Source: Coriobacteriia bacterium (GTDB taxonomy: Bacteria; Actinomycetota; Coriobacteriia; Anaerosomatales; PALSA-660). From it: a stretch of DNA of 53,420 nt. The stretch spans positions 1 to 53,420 of the forward strand of contig DATCGP010000003.1 in the NCBI GenBank assembly GCA_036508875.1, written 5' to 3'. A program made the position numbers and the translations under genes. The notes beneath the pieces were generated by a model. That model saw only the letters and a program-made list of their open reading frames with translations, was not told the DNA's origin and ran no database searches. Shown here piece after piece: positions 14,784-28,474 of the stretch (position 1 is the first letter of the stretch; every line of letters begins with the position of its first letter).

Positions 14784-16244
14784 CTACTCCAAGTAGTCCT
14801 TCAAACGGCTCGAGCGACTCGGATGACGCAACTTGCACAACGTCTTGCTCTCGATCTGACGAATCCGCTCACGGGTGACGCCGAACTCGCGTCCGACCTC
14901 TTCGAGCGTCCGAGGGTGCCCGTCCATGAGCCCGAACCTCAACTCGATCACCTTACGCTCACGCTCAGACAGTGAGTCGAGCACGCGGCGCAGGTGCTCC
15001 GCCAGCATCGTCTCGTTCGCGGCATCCGGAGGCGCGATCGCTTCCGAGTCCTCGATGAAGTCACCCAGCTGGCTGTCCTCTTCCTCGCCGATCGGAGTCT
15101 CGAGTGAGACCGGCTCCTGCGAGATCTTGAGGATCTCGCGAACGCGTTCCGCCGTCATCTCCATCTGGGCGCCGATCTCGTCTGGAGACGGCTCGCGGCC
15201 CAGTTCCTGGAGCAGGTTGCGCTGCACGCGGATGAGCTTGTTGATCGTCTCCACCATGTGCACCGGGATGCGGATAGTACGCGCCTGGTCGGCGATCGCG
15301 CGCGTGATCGCCTGGCGGATCCACCACGTGGCGTAGGTCGAGAACTTGTAGCCCTTGGTGTAGTCGAACTTCTCTACAGCACGTATCAGGCCGAGGTTGC
15401 CTTCCTGGATCAGATCGAGGAAGAGCATGCCGCGTCCCACATATCGTTTCGCGATGGAGACGACGAGGCGGAGGTTCGCTTCCACGAGGCCGCGCTTCGC
15501 CGCCAGTCCGTCGGCCTCGGTGCGGGTGAGGTTGCGGACGGTCGCGCGATCGAGCTTGATCTTCTTCTCCTCGGCGTCCTCGAGCTGGGCCGCGCACTCC
15601 AGGCCTGCCTCGATACGCTTCGCCAGGGAGACCTCCTGCGCAGCTGTGAGCAGCGGGACCTTGCCGATCTCCTTCAGGTACATCCGGACCGGGTCCGACG
15701 TCAGCGGCGCGAGGGTCGAGTGGTCGGCACGGCGACGGGTCTTCTTCTTGGCCCGGGTCTTCGGAACCGGGGCGGCCAGCACCTCTGCCACGTCCGCAGG
15801 GACCTCGTCGTGATGCGGCGACTCGCCCGAGAGGGCCGCCGAGACCTCGTCCGCCTCGATGATCATGTCCGCGTCGTCGGGGCTCACGTCGGCGGAGACG
15901 TCGGCGATCTCTATGCCGCTTCGTATGAACTGCGCGTACACGTTGTCGACCTGGCTCTCGGTCAGGTCGATGTCACCCAGGGCGCCGTCGATCTCGTCCT
16001 GAGTCAGGTTGCCCTTCGCCCTGCCGATCTTGATGAGCGTGATGACCTCGGGAAGGACCAGCTCGGGAGCGACCTTCGACGACGCCGGGGCCTTGGGCTC
16101 CTTGGCGGGCTTCTTCTCGACGGAGACCTTGTCCACCTTCACCGCAGCGGCCTTCGGCGCAGGCTTCTCGGCTTTGGCGCTCTTCGCGGGAGTCCGTTCC
16201 TCGGCGGGCTTGCTGCTCAACATCTCTCCCTTGTCACTCCGCAA
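14784..16244 (-). CDS. rpoD: Primary RNA polymerase sigma factor
   Basis: Region 1.1 ([16 protein letters not shown]) and regions 1.2-4 complete; downstream of dnaG. Confidence 0.95.
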   Translation of the reverse strand: MRSDKGEMLSSKPAEERTPAKSAKAEKPAPKAAAVKVDKVSVEKKPAKEPKAPASSKVAPELVLPEVITLIKIGRAKGNLTQDEIDGALGDIDLTESQVDNVYAQFIRSGIEIADVSADVSPDDADMIIEADEVSAALSGESPHHDEVPADVAEVLAAPVPKTRAKKKTRRRADHSTLAPLTSDPVRMYLKEIGKVPLLTAAQEVSLAKRIEAGLECAAQLEDAEEKKIKLDRATVRNLTRTEADGLAAKRGLVEANLRLVVSIAKRYVGRGMLFLDLIQEGNLGLIRAVEKFDYTKGYKFSTYATWWIRQAITRAIADQARTIRIPVHMVETINKLIRVQRNLLQELGREPSPDEIGAQMEMTAERVREILKISQEPVSLETPIGEEEDSQLGDFIEDSEAIAPPDAANETMLAEHLRRVLDSLSERERKVIELRFGLMDGHPRTLEEVGREFGVTRERIRQIESKTLCKLRHPSRSSRLKDYLE

Positions 16245-16247
16245 CGC

Positions 16248-18092
16248 TCATCGGCCGGTCTGCCTCGACGCCCTCAGCTGGGCGAGCCTCCGCTGCACAT
16301 CCGCGGCCTTTCGGAATAGTTCGTCGTCGCCTGCCCTATCCCCTGCACTTTGCTTCGAACGCATCTCGATCTGAAGCCGGGACAGCTCACGCTTCAGAGC
16401 GAACTCCATGAGGCGGTCGAGCACCTCCGAGAAACGCGCCTCGGCCGCGGCGGGCTCCAGTGCGTCCACGAGGTACGCCGACAGCCTCTGAGCGGCGTCA
16501 CCATCCCGGCGCGCGACGGCTTCGAACAACGCGGCTCCGGAGGCATCTCCGGCGTCCACGATCTCGCGCACGAGCATCTCCATCCCCGGGTCGGAGAAGG
16601 AGCCGTCGATATCAAGCAAATCGCGTACCTGCGCGCGCAGGTGCGGAGCGACCGCAAGCACGCGCGCCAGCTCGACTTCCGCCCCCGCTTGGCCGGGATC
16701 GGAGCTGCGAACGACGACGGCGCGCGGCGGAGCCGCATCCTCCCCTGCCTCCCGGGCGCTGCGACCATCGAACGCGGGCCTTGCGGCGCGCGCCGCTGCG
16801 TCGACGGTGGCGTAGTCGGTACGCAGACGGTCTGCGACATGAGCCGCATAGTCCTGCGCGAGCAAAGACCCGCGCACGCTCGCGAGCACGCCCGCAGCGT
16901 CCGCGAGCGCGCGGGACCGGCCCTCCGGCGTAGCGAGGTCGTGAGCGTCGATCCTGCGGTCGATCACGAAGCGCAGCAGCGGCTGGGCTCCGGCAACGAC
17001 CGCCTTCATATCCTCGGCGCCGTGAGCAGCGACGTAGTCCGCCGGGTCCATGCCGTCGGGGATCACAGACACGAGCAGATCCAGCCGCGCGCTGCCGGCC
17101 TCCGGAGTGGAGGTGGAGTCCAGGAACTCCGCGGCGCGGTCGGCGGCGCGCATGCCGGCCTCGTCGCCGTCGAACAGGTAGACGATCCGCTTGGCGAACC
17201 TTCCCAGCAGCTTGATGTGGCGCGCTGTGAGCGCGGTGCCGAGAGTGGCGACGGCGTTGGTGAACCCGGCCTCATGCATGGCGATGACGTCGGTGTAGCC
17301 TTCGACGACCAGCGCGGTGCCTGTGGACACGATGGCGCTCTTCGCGCGGTCGATCCCATACATGTTCGCCGACTTGTGGAAGATGGGCGTGTCGGACGAG
17401 TTCAGATACTTGGGTTGCCCCTCGCCGATCACCCGGCCACCGAACGCGATGACGCGTCCCTGCAGGTCGGCGATCGGGAACATCAGGCGGTTGAAGAACC
17501 GGTCCTTCATGTCGCCCCGGTCATCCGCGAGCGCCAGGTTCGCCTCGATGAGCTCGTCCCGCGCGAAACCTTCGGCCGCCAACGCCTTCGCCAACGCTCC
17601 GCGCGCACCCGAGGCGTAGCCGAGCCGCCACCGCTTCGCGACCTCGCTCCCGAACCCGCGGCCGGCAAGGTAGGCACGGGCCGCCTGCGCGCCCGCATCC
17701 TTGCCGGAACTGAGTGTCTTGTGGAAGACCTCGGCCGCAGCCTCGCTGGCCGCCACGAGCCGCTCCTTGCGTCCCTGGGGCATCGCAGGACCCGACTCTT
17801 CCACTATCTCCACGCCGGCGCGCTCCGCGAGCATCCGCACGACGTCGGGGAAGTCCATGTTCTGGGTCTTCATGACGAAACCGAACGCGTCGCCGCCGAG
17901 CGCGCAGCCGAAGCAGTGCCACAGCTGCGTGGCGGGATCCACCTTGAAGGACGCGGTCTTCTCCCCGTGGAACGGGCACAGCCCCCAGAACAAGCGGCCC
18001 TTCTGGCGGAGAGGGGTCGTCTCGTTGATGAGGGCGACGAGGTCGGTGGCGTCGCGCACACGCGCGACGTCCTCCTCGGATATCCGGCCCAT
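16248..18092 (-). CDS. dnaG: DNA primase
   Basis: CPFHGEKTASF...CFGC Zn finger, DRFFNRLMFPI, KYLNS, VEGYTDV, FDGDEAG. Confidence 0.96.
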   Translation of the reverse strand: MGRISEEDVARVRDATDLVALINETTPLRQKGRLFWGLCPFHGEKTASFKVDPATQLWHCFGCALGGDAFGFVMKTQNMDFPDVVRMLAERAGVEIVEESGPAMPQGRKERLVAASEAAAEVFHKTLSSGKDAGAQAARAYLAGRGFGSEVAKRWRLGYASGARGALAKALAAEGFARDELIEANLALADDRGDMKDRFFNRLMFPIADLQGRVIAFGGRVIGEGQPKYLNSSDTPIFHKSANMYGIDRAKSAIVSTGTALVVEGYTDVIAMHEAGFTNAVATLGTALTARHIKLLGRFAKRIVYLFDGDEAGMRAADRAAEFLDSTSTPEAGSARLDLLVSVIPDGMDPADYVAAHGAEDMKAVVAGAQPLLRFVIDRRIDAHDLATPEGRSRALADAAGVLASVRGSLLAQDYAAHVADRLRTDYATVDAAARAARPAFDGRSAREAGEDAAPPRAVVVRSSDPGQAGAEVELARVLAVAPHLRAQVRDLLDIDGSFSDPGMEMLVREIVDAGDASGAALFEAVARRDGDAAQRLSAYLVDALEPAAAEARFSEVLDRLMEFALKRELSRLQIEMRSKQSAGDRAGDDELFRKAADVQRRLAQLRASRQTGR

Positions 18093-18127
18093 TCGACACC
18101 CCCTCGCCTGCGTCGTTCCAAGCGGCG

Positions 18128-18161
18128 ACGCTCCCGGGAGCTGTGATGCCCCCGGGAGCGT
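18128..18161. terminator. Hairpin between hppA and dnaG
   Basis: acgctcccggg...cccgggagcgt. Confidence 0.5.
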
Positions 18162-18211
18162 GCGCACGCTACGGATCCATCATGCCCGCGCCAGTGCGCG
18201 GGAAACGCGGG

Positions 18212-20335
<2,124 letters not shown>

Positions 20336-20520
20336 TGGCCCACTCCCTTGTTCTGCATCCAGACCCCTGTGCTGCACACGCCCCTGCGGACGCGCGAACG
20401 CCCGCGCCGCACCATCGCGGTATTCGACAGGTTAGCCCATCCTCCTGCGACCCGCTACGCCCGATTCGGGCATGTCTACGCGGAGCGGGGCGGTGTTCGG
20501 TGAGCGGTGACGCGCTGCGC

Positions 20521-21555
20521 CTACAACCGCCAAGACGACGGCACGAAGAAGTCCTCGTAGGCGCCGACCGCGAAGCGGTCGGTCATGCCGGCGACGTAGT
20601 CGGTGACGCGCTGGACGAGCTCCTCGGATGACTGCGGGGCGAACTCCTGCGGCAAGAGGTCCGAATGCTCCAGGTAGTGCATGAACAACGCCTTCACGAC
20701 CCCGAACGACTTCGGCTCCTCCTCCTTCGCGCGCGGAGAGAGGTACACCTTCTCGAACAGGAACTGCCGCAGCTCCATCATGGCGTCCCACACAGCGGGG
20801 CTCATGCCGATGGTGTCCGCGTCGTCCGAGGTCGCAATCGTGTCACGCACCATCGTGCGGATGCGCGCGCCGTGGCTGGCGCCGAGCACCGCCACAGGAA
20901 CCGGCGGCAGGTCCGTCTCGTCAAGGACTCCGCCCCGGATCGCGTCGTCGATGTCGTGGTTCACGTAGGCGATGCGGTCCGCGAGGCGGACGATCCCGCC
21001 CTCGAGAGTGACCGGCTCTGTGTCCCCGGTGTGGTGCGCAACGCCGTCGCGGACCTCCCACGTCAGGTTCAGGCCCTTGCCTTCGTACTCGAGCTTCTCT
21101 ATGACGCGCACCGACTGGATGTTGTGGTGGTAGGCATCGGGCACCCCGGGATACGAGTGCCGGATCTCGGCGTAGCACTCGGTGAGCGCATCCTCGCCGA
21201 CGTGCCCGAACGGCGTGTGGCCCAGGTCGTGTCCGAGCGCGATCGCCTCGGTAAGGTCCTCGTTCAGCCGCAGGGACCGCGCCACGCTCCTCGCGATCTG
21301 CGACACCTCGAGCGTATGGGTAAGGCGGGTGCGGTAGTGGTCGCCCTCGGGCGACAGGAAGACCTGCGTCTTGTGCATGAGGCGGCGGAACGCCTTGGAG
21401 TGGATGATCCGGTCGCGGTCGCGCTGGTACTCCGTGCGGTACAGGTCGGGCTCGACGGGGCGCACGCGGCCTCGCGTCGTGTCGGAGAACGAAGCGCGGA
21501 GCGAGAGCGTCGCGTGCTCAGCGGCCTCGATGTCCATGCGAGTCAACGCGCTCAT
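20521..21555 (-). CDS. dgt: dGTP triphosphohydrolase-like HD protein
   Basis: RDRDRIIHSKAFRRLMHKTQV, RTRLTHTLEV, HDLGHTPFGH, DYVAGMTD. Confidence 0.93.
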   Translation of the reverse strand: MSALTRMDIEAAEHATLSLRASFSDTTRGRVRPVEPDLYRTEYQRDRDRIIHSKAFRRLMHKTQVFLSPEGDHYRTRLTHTLEVSQIARSVARSLRLNEDLTEAIALGHDLGHTPFGHVGEDALTECYAEIRHSYPGVPDAYHHNIQSVRVIEKLEYEGKGLNLTWEVRDGVAHHTGDTEPVTLEGGIVRLADRIAYVNHDIDDAIRGGVLDETDLPPVPVAVLGASHGARIRTMVRDTIATSDDADTIGMSPAVWDAMMELRQFLFEKVYLSPRAKEEEPKSFGVVKALFMHYLEHSDLLPQEFAPQSSEELVQRVTDYVAGMTDRFAVGAYEDFFVPSSWRL

Positions 21556-21652
21556 GTGTCTCCCCTTCCCGGCATCGCCACGATACCGGCCATCCACGTA
21601 CGTAGCGTACGCCACAGCTCCGACACCCCGCGGTCATGCCTCCACCCAGACA

Positions 21653-21692
21653 CCACGCGCCCGCTCGCGCCTATGCGCGAGCGGGCGCGTGG
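21653..21692. terminator. 18-bp perfect hairpin after ppdK
   Basis: ccacgcgcccgctcgcgc-ctat-gcgcgagcgggcgcgtgg. Confidence 0.75.
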
Positions 21693-21701
21693 GCGCTGTG
21701 G

Positions 21702-24437
21702 CTAGCGGTTGTCCGAACCCGCGATCTTCTCCGCAAGGGCGGCCTGCGCGGCCGCGAGGCGCGCGAGCGGCACACGGTAGGGCGAGCACGACACGTAGGA
21801 CAGCCCGATCGCGTGGAAGATCTTCACGCTGTCCGGGTCCCCTCCGTGCTCCCCGCACACGCCGAGATGGATCTTCGGGTTGGTCTCGCGTCCCAGCTCG
21901 CACGCCATCTTGACCAGCTTGGCGACGCCCGAGTCGATCGTCTCGAACGGATTGCGCGGCAGGATCTTTCGCTCCAAGTAGCGCGGAAGGAACATCGCCT
22001 CGATGTCGTCGCGGGAGAAGCCGAACGTGGTCTGGGTCAGGTCGTTCGTGCCGAAGCTGAAGAAGTCGGCGACCTTCGCGATCTCGTCGGCCGTCAGCGC
22101 GGCGCGCGGCAGCTCGATCATCGTCCCGATCGGGATCTCGAAGACGCAGCCCTGCTCGGACTGGACTTCCGCGACGATCTTCTCCGACTCTGCACGCAGC
22201 GTCTCGAGCTCGGCGACGACTGAGACCAGCGGGATCATGATCTCCGCGCGGGGGTCACGGCCGGCCTTCTTCAGCTGGCACGCGGCGAGCGTGATCGCCC
22301 GCACCTGCATCCCGTAGATCTCCGGGAACATGATGCCGAGACGGCATCCGCGAAGGCCGAGCATCGGGTTCTGCTCGTGCATCGAGTCCACGAGCGCCAG
22401 CAGCTTCTTCTTCGAGGCCAGCAGCGCAGGGTCCGCACCGGTGCACTCGAGCTTGGCCACCTCGACCGCGAGGTCGCGTGGCGAGTCGAGGAACTCATGC
22501 AGCGGCGGGTCCAGGAGCCGCACCGTGACCGGGAGCCCGTCCATCGCGGCGAATATCCCGAGGAAGTCCTCCGTCTGGACCTTGAGCAGCTGGGCGAGCG
22601 GCGCGAGCCGGCCGGCCTCGTCCTCGGCGATGATCATGTCCTGGACGATCTGCTTCCGGTCGCCGAGGAACATGTGCTCCGTGCGCGCGAGCCCGATCCC
22701 TTCCGCGCCGAACTTGCGGCCGAGTTCGGCGTCGTCCGGCGTGTCCGCGTTGGCGCGCACGCCGAGCCGGCGGTACTCGTCCGCCCAGCCGAGCACGGTG
22801 TCGAAGTCGCCGGTGACCTTCGGCTCGACCAGCTGCACCGCTCCCAGCACGACGATGCCGGTGGTGCCGTCGATCGAGATCATGTCGCCTTCATGCAGCT
22901 CGACGTCGCTCCCTGCGACGCGCGCGACCTTGCTCGCAGCGTCGATCTTGAGCTTCTCGGCGCCGCAGACGCACGGCTTGCCCATGCCGCGGGCGACGAC
23001 GGCCGCGTGGCTGGTCTTGCCGCCGTGGCTGGTCAGGATACCCTGGGCGGCGACCATGCCGCGCAGGTCGTCCGGGGTCGTCTCCCACCGGACCAGGATG
23101 ACCTTGCGCCCCGCTGCCTTTGCGTCCACCGCGTCGGCGGACGAGAACACGACCTCGCCCACCGCCGCACCCGGCGAAGCGTTGAGGCCCTTGGCGATGA
23201 CGTCGTAGTCCGCCGTCGGGTCGAACTGCGGGTGGAGCAACTGGTCGAGTTGCGCGGGGTCGATGCGCAGGACGGCCTCCTCCTTGGTGATGAGGCCCTC
23301 CCCGACCATGTCGATCGCGACCCTCAGGGCGGCGCGCGCCGTGCGCTTGCCGACGCGGGTCTGCAGCATCCACAGCTTGCCCTGTTCGATCGTGAACTCG
23401 ATGTCGCACATGTCGCGATAGTGCTGCTCGAGCGTCTCGAAGATCTGCCACAGCTCCGCACCCGCCTCGGGGAAGACCGCCGGGAGGTCGTGGAGCGGGC
23501 TCGTGTTGCGGATGCCCGCGACGACGTCCTCGCCCTGGGCGTTGGACAGGAAGTCGCCGTAGTACTCCTTCGTGCCGTCGGCCGGGTTGCGCGTGAAGGC
23601 CACACCGGTCGCCGAGGTCTCGCCCTTGTTGCCGAAGACCATCGACTGAACGTTGACCGCGGTACCCAGGTCGTCCGGGATCCTCTCCATCTTGCGGTAG
23701 ACGACCGCGCGGTCGTTCATCCAGGAGCGGAAGACGGCCTCGATCGCCAGGCGGAGCTGGGTCGACGAGTCCTGTGGGAACGCGACGCGGCCGTCGGCGC
23801 CCACGAGCTCGGGGAACGCGTCAGCCTCCACATGCTCGGCGACGATGTCCTTGAAGGTGGCGACCAGCTGCTCGAGGTCATCGGCGGACAAGTCGGTATC
23901 GCTCTGCGCGCCCCGCGCGTTCTTCATCGAGGTGATCGCGTTCTCGAACTCGAGCCCCTCCACGTCCAGGACGACCTTCGAGAACATCTGGATGAACCTG
24001 CGGTAGCTGTCCCACGCGAAGCGGACGTTGCCGGTCTGCGCGATCAGGCCCTGGATCGACACGTCGTTCAGTCCCAGGTTCAGGACAGTGTCCATCATGC
24101 CCGGCATCGAGAAGGGCGAGCCCGACCTCACGGAGACGAGCAGGGGGTCGGACGCGTCGCCGAGACGCTTGCCCATCTTGGTCTCGAGCTCCGCGACGTA
24201 GACCGCGATGTCCTCGGGCAGTCCCGCAGGGAGCGCCGGCGGCGTGGAGTTGTAGTACTCCATGCACGCTTGGCAGCTGATGGTGAAGCCGGGGGGCACC
24301 GGCAGTCCCATGTTCGCCATCTCGGCGAGGTTCGCACCCTTGCCGCCGAGGATCATCTTCATCCCACGGTTGCCCTCAGTGCGGTTGACGCCATTGACGT
24401 CCCTACCGAACGCGTAGACACGCTTTTCGCTCGACAA
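21702..24437 (-). CDS. ppdK: Pyruvate, phosphate dikinase
   Basis: LGGKGANLAEM, SMPGMMDT, GGKTSHAAVVARG, SFGTNDLTQ, CGEHGG. Confidence 0.97.
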   Translation of the reverse strand: MSSEKRVYAFGRDVNGVNRTEGNRGMKMILGGKGANLAEMANMGLPVPPGFTISCQACMEYYNSTPPALPAGLPEDIAVYVAELETKMGKRLGDASDPLLVSVRSGSPFSMPGMMDTVLNLGLNDVSIQGLIAQTGNVRFAWDSYRRFIQMFSKVVLDVEGLEFENAITSMKNARGAQSDTDLSADDLEQLVATFKDIVAEHVEADAFPELVGADGRVAFPQDSSTQLRLAIEAVFRSWMNDRAVVYRKMERIPDDLGTAVNVQSMVFGNKGETSATGVAFTRNPADGTKEYYGDFLSNAQGEDVVAGIRNTSPLHDLPAVFPEAGAELWQIFETLEQHYRDMCDIEFTIEQGKLWMLQTRVGKRTARAALRVAIDMVGEGLITKEEAVLRIDPAQLDQLLHPQFDPTADYDVIAKGLNASPGAAVGEVVFSSADAVDAKAAGRKVILVRWETTPDDLRGMVAAQGILTSHGGKTSHAAVVARGMGKPCVCGAEKLKIDAASKVARVAGSDVELHEGDMISIDGTTGIVVLGAVQLVEPKVTGDFDTVLGWADEYRRLGVRANADTPDDAELGRKFGAEGIGLARTEHMFLGDRKQIVQDMIIAEDEAGRLAPLAQLLKVQTEDFLGIFAAMDGLPVTVRLLDPPLHEFLDSPRDLAVEVAKLECTGADPALLASKKKLLALVDSMHEQNPMLGLRGCRLGIMFPEIYGMQVRAITLAACQLKKAGRDPRAEIMIPLVSVVAELETLRAESEKIVAEVQSEQGCVFEIPIGTMIELPRAALTADEIAKVADFFSFGTNDLTQTTFGFSRDDIEAMFLPRYLERKILPRNPFETIDSGVAKLVKMACELGRETNPKIHLGVCGEHGGDPDSVKIFHAIGLSYVSCSPYRVPLARLAAAQAALAEKIAGSDNR

Positions 24438-24513
24438 GTCTCTCTCCCTTGGCTCATCGGGACCCGGTGGGGTGCATGATACCGCGAAGCTTCGCAGACG
24501 CCAGACGGCGCCG

Positions 24514-25335
24514 TCAGTCCGAAGTGGTGACCGCCCCGTCGAGGTACCTCAGGATCTCCTGCGCGGTCTCTTCCACAGCGCGGTTGTCGGTGCGTATGAC
24601 GATGCACCCAATCCGGCGCATGAGAGCGCGGGCCTCTTCCAGCTCGAGCTCGACCGCCTCCCGGTCCGCGTACCTCGGCACGAACGCCCCGATCTCGCGC
24701 ATGCGCTCGCGACGGATCTCGACCAGCACCGCCGGGTCGGCGATCAGTCCGAAGACCTTGCGCGGATCCACCTGGAAGAGCTGCTCGGGCGGCTCGACGC
24801 CGGGGGCGAACGGGACGTTGGAGACGAGATAGCCCTTGAACGCGAGGTACATCGACAGCGGTGTCTTGCTGGTGCGCGACACCCCTATCAGGACGATGTC
24901 GGCGAGCGCCAAGTCCTCAGGGTTCCGGCCGTCGTCGTGTGCGACGGCGAACTCGGTCGCGCCTATCCGTTCGAAGTACTCCTCGTCGGTCCGGTGCATT
25001 GCGCCGGCTTCACCCGTGGGGCGGTGGCCGGTCGCCTCCGAGAGCAGCGCGACCGAAGGGCCGAGGAGGTCGACGCCATGCACGCCTTCCGCGACCATGC
25101 TCTCCATCTCGGCGCGCAACGAACGGTCCACGAGCGTGTAGAAGAAGATGCAGTCGGCTCCGCAGTGCTCGTCCACCATCTGCCGCAACTGCGCTGGGGT
25201 CTTGACGCGTGGCAACCTCTCGATGTGGAACGAGTCGGGATCGAACTGGGAGATGACCGCGCGCGCGACCATCTCGCCCGTCTCTCCAAGAGAGTCCGAC
25301 AGGACGTGGACCGAGATCGGGTCCGGGGTGTTCAC
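24514..25335 (-). CDS. PPDK/PEP-synthase regulatory kinase-pyrophosphorylase (DUF299)
   Basis: SDSLGETG, HDDG, GVSRTSKTPLSMYLA; adjacent to ppdK. Confidence 0.92.
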   Translation of the reverse strand: MNTPDPISVHVLSDSLGETGEMVARAVISQFDPDSFHIERLPRVKTPAQLRQMVDEHCGADCIFFYTLVDRSLRAEMESMVAEGVHGVDLLGPSVALLSEATGHRPTGEAGAMHRTDEEYFERIGATEFAVAHDDGRNPEDLALADIVLIGVSRTSKTPLSMYLAFKGYLVSNVPFAPGVEPPEQLFQVDPRKVFGLIADPAVLVEIRRERMREIGAFVPRYADREAVELELEEARALMRRIGCIVIRTDNRAVEETAQEILRYLDGAVTTSD

Positions 25336-27413
25336 TTCGCCTGGCCCTGCAGGCGCGAGAAGTCGGCCACTCCGCCGAACAGCGCGGTGAAGCGGTTGAG
25401 GAGCGCGAGACGCATCGACCGGAGCCCCGTGTCCGCATCCATGATCAGAACGTCCGTGAAGAAGGCATCGATCGGCGTCCGCAGACCTGCGAGCAGGGCG
25501 AGCGCGCCTTCGTAGTCCGCCTTCGCCACCGCTTCCGCGATCCGACCCTCGGCGGCTTCTATCGCGTCGGCCAGCGCCGTTTCGGACACACCCATGAGCG
25601 AGCGGTCAGGCGCCAGGCCGGCGGAGGGATCCGACAGGTTCTTCGCACGCGCGAAGGCGACCGCCACGTCCGCCATCGCGTCGGTGGCACGCGCCGCGTC
25701 CAGCGCACGCGCTCGGGCGAGCGCGTCGGCGGGATCGTCGCCTGCGGACGCGAGTACGGCGTCGACGGTGTCGTAGGTGACGCCCCGGTCGCGCAGCATC
25801 GTCTCCAGACGGCCTGTCAGAAACGCCTTGACCGACGCGCCAGTGACCTCTCGGTCGAACGGCACCACACCCCGGTACCCGTCGAGCGCGGCGCCGATCG
25901 CCTCGTCGAGCCGGATCCGCAGGCCGCCGTCCAGCACCATCGCCAGCACGCCGATCGTCGCGCGCCTGAGCGCGTAGGGATCGGCCGAACCGGTCGGCGC
26001 CTGGCCCAGCGCGAAGATGCCGCAGATGGTGTCCAGCTTGTCGGCGGCGGAGACCAGCAGGCCTGGAACGCTTGCGGGCAGGTCGTCTCCCGCGAACCGC
26101 GGGCGGTAGTGTTCGAGGATCGCGTCGGCCACGGGAGCGGCCTCACCGGATGCGAGTGCGTAGTAGCGGCCCATCACCCCCTGCAGCGACGGGAACTCCA
26201 CCACCGCGTGGCTGACGAGGTCCGCCTTGCACAGGTGGGCAGCCCGCACGGCCTCGGCGGCCTCGGACGGCCCGGCTGCGTGCAGGTCCGCGAGCACCGC
26301 CGTGAGCGCCTCGACACGCGCGACCTTGGCAGCGACCGTTCCCAGCTTCTCCTGGAACACGGCGGTCGAGAGCCTCTCAACCCAGGACTCCATGCCGCTC
26401 GCCAGGTCCTCGTCGTAGAAGAACGCCGCGTCGGCCAGCCGGGCGCGGATGACCCGCTCGTGACCGTGGAGGATCGTCTCCGTGCGGTCGGGATCGCCGT
26501 TGTGCACGACGATGAAGGCGTTCGTCAGCTCGCCGGACGCGTTCTCCAGCGGGAAGTAGCGCTGGTGCGACTCCATCGCGGTCTCGAGGACCTCACGCGG
26601 CACCCTGAGGAACGCTTCGTCGAACCGGGCGACCGCCACGGTCGGGTATTCCACGAGGTTCACGACCTCGGCGAACACCTTCTCGGGGACCACGGCCGCA
26701 AGGCCCTCCTGCGCGGCGGCGCCCTCGATCCCCTCCCTGATCAGCTGCGCGCGCGTCTCGCCGTCTGCGACGACCTTCCCGCGCTCGTGCGCGAGCAGGA
26801 AGTCGGCGGCCGAGGGCACCTCGATGGCGCCTTCGGAGAGGAACCGGTGGCCGTACGTCATGCGCCCGGCGGTCAGCCCCGCGAACGTCGCGGGCACGAC
26901 ATCAGGACCCAGCAGCGCGAGCAGCCAACGCACCGGGCGGATGAACCGCGCGGAACCGCTGCCCCACCGCTGTGTCTTCGGCCAGTCGAGCGCTGTGACG
27001 AGGCGCGAGAGCACGTCCGGAAGCACTTCGGCGGCCGGCAACCCGGCGCTGCGCAGGTGCGCGTAGACGTACTCTCCGCCGCCTTCCTCCCCCCGCTCGA
27101 GCTCGGCGACATCGACACCCTTGCCACGCGCGAACCCGATCACGGCAGGGGTCGCGTTGCCGTCGGCGTCGAACGCCGTTCGGACCGCCGGGCCCTTCAC
27201 GCGCATGTCGAGATCGTCCTGGCGCTCCGCCAGCCCGTCGACCATGAGCACGAGCCTGCGCGGTGCGCCCATCACGCGGATCTGCGCGTAGCCGAGACGA
27301 GCGTCCTTGAGCGCGGTCTCGGCCAGAGATGCAAGCTGCGAGGTAGCCGCGTACAGCGCGGCCGAGGGGATCTCCTCGACGCCGATCTCGAAGACCAGGT
27401 CGCGGGCGCTCAT
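25332..27413 (-). CDS. glyS: Glycine--tRNA ligase beta subunit
   Basis: [40 protein letters not shown]. Confidence 0.95.
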   Translation of the reverse strand: MSARDLVFEIGVEEIPSAALYAATSQLASLAETALKDARLGYAQIRVMGAPRRLVLMVDGLAERQDDLDMRVKGPAVRTAFDADGNATPAVIGFARGKGVDVAELERGEEGGGEYVYAHLRSAGLPAAEVLPDVLSRLVTALDWPKTQRWGSGSARFIRPVRWLLALLGPDVVPATFAGLTAGRMTYGHRFLSEGAIEVPSAADFLLAHERGKVVADGETRAQLIREGIEGAAAQEGLAAVVPEKVFAEVVNLVEYPTVAVARFDEAFLRVPREVLETAMESHQRYFPLENASGELTNAFIVVHNGDPDRTETILHGHERVIRARLADAAFFYDEDLASGMESWVERLSTAVFQEKLGTVAAKVARVEALTAVLADLHAAGPSEAAEAVRAAHLCKADLVSHAVVEFPSLQGVMGRYYALASGEAAPVADAILEHYRPRFAGDDLPASVPGLLVSAADKLDTICGIFALGQAPTGSADPYALRRATIGVLAMVLDGGLRIRLDEAIGAALDGYRGVVPFDREVTGASVKAFLTGRLETMLRDRGVTYDTVDAVLASAGDDPADALARARALDAARATDAMADVAVAFARAKNLSDPSAGLAPDRSLMGVSETALADAIEAAEGRIAEAVAKADYEGALALLAGLRTPIDAFFTDVLIMDADTGLRSMRLALLNRFTALFGGVADFSRLQGQAK

Positions 27414-28333
27414 TCGGCCACGCTCCTTGCGGCCGACGAGGCGGGCACGTGGACCGCTCCACCCTTCGCGCCACCACTTGCGACCCACGCCTCGGCAGCG
27501 CTCTTCGCCAGCGTCCTGATCCGCATGATGAAAGTCATCCGGTCGGTGACCGCGATGGCGCCACGGGCGTCCAGCAGGTTGAAGATGTGGCTGCACTTGA
27601 GCGCCTGCTCGTAGGCGGGCAGGACGGCGCCGGCCTCGAGAGTACGGCGGGACTCCGCCTCGTGCTCGTCGAAGAGCCGCCGCAGGCGGTCGGTGTCCGC
27701 GATCTCGAAGTTGTAGGCCGACTGCTCGCGCTCGTTGCGCAGGTACACGTCGCCGTAGGTCTGGCGGGTCCCGTCGGGCGCCTCGACCCACGTGATGTCG
27801 TAGACGGAGTCCACACCCTGGATGTACATGGCGAGCCGCTCGAGCCCGTAGGTGATCTCCGCGGGTATCGGATCGCACTCGATGCCGCCCACCTGCTGGA
27901 AGTAGGTGAACTGCGTGCATTCCATCCCGTTGAGCCAGATCTCCCAGCCCAGTCCCCAGGCGCCGACGGTCGGGTTCTCCCAGTCGTCCTCGACCAGCCG
28001 CACGTCGTGCTCAGCGGGGTCGATCCCGATCGCGCGCAGCGAGCCGAAGTACAGATCCAGCACGTCGTCAGGGCTCGGCTTGAGCAGCACCTGGAACTGG
28101 TAGTAGTGCTGCAGCCGATTCGGGTTCTCCCCGTACCTGCCGTCCGCGGGGCGGCGTGAGGGCTGCACGTAGGCGCACCGCCACGCATCGGGGCCGAGGG
28201 CGCGCAGGAGTGTGGCCGGATGAGACGTCCCGGCTCCGACCTCGTTGTCGAGCGGCTGCAGCACGACGCAGCCCTGCTCGGCCCAATAGCGTGAGAGAGC
28301 CAAGATGATGTCCTGGAACGACAGCGGCTTCAT
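27410..28333 (-). CDS. glyQ: Glycine--tRNA ligase alpha subunit
   Basis: [39 protein letters not shown]. Confidence 0.97.
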   Translation of the reverse strand: MKPLSFQDIILALSRYWAEQGCVVLQPLDNEVGAGTSHPATLLRALGPDAWRCAYVQPSRRPADGRYGENPNRLQHYYQFQVLLKPSPDDVLDLYFGSLRAIGIDPAEHDVRLVEDDWENPTVGAWGLGWEIWLNGMECTQFTYFQQVGGIECDPIPAEITYGLERLAMYIQGVDSVYDITWVEAPDGTRQTYGDVYLRNEREQSAYNFEIADTDRLRRLFDEHEAESRRTLEAGAVLPAYEQALKCSHIFNLLDARGAIAVTDRMTFIMRIRTLAKSAAEAWVASGGAKGGAVHVPASSAARSVAE

Positions 28334-28474
28334 CGGTTGCTTCGCACCTCGCGTCCGGGGGCTGACATGAGCGTTCGCGCACGTCTCCCTCCCGGCTCCG
28401 GTAAGTCGGAGTACCCCGGAGGGTCCGCGCGTCAGCGGCATTCTACCAGCAGCGGAGCTCGCCGCCGCGTCGTC

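Noticed and set aside
28334..28474. T-box riboswitch upstream of glyQS (also checked upstream of leuS)
   Set aside because: No TGGNACC T-box antiterminator motif or stem I features found
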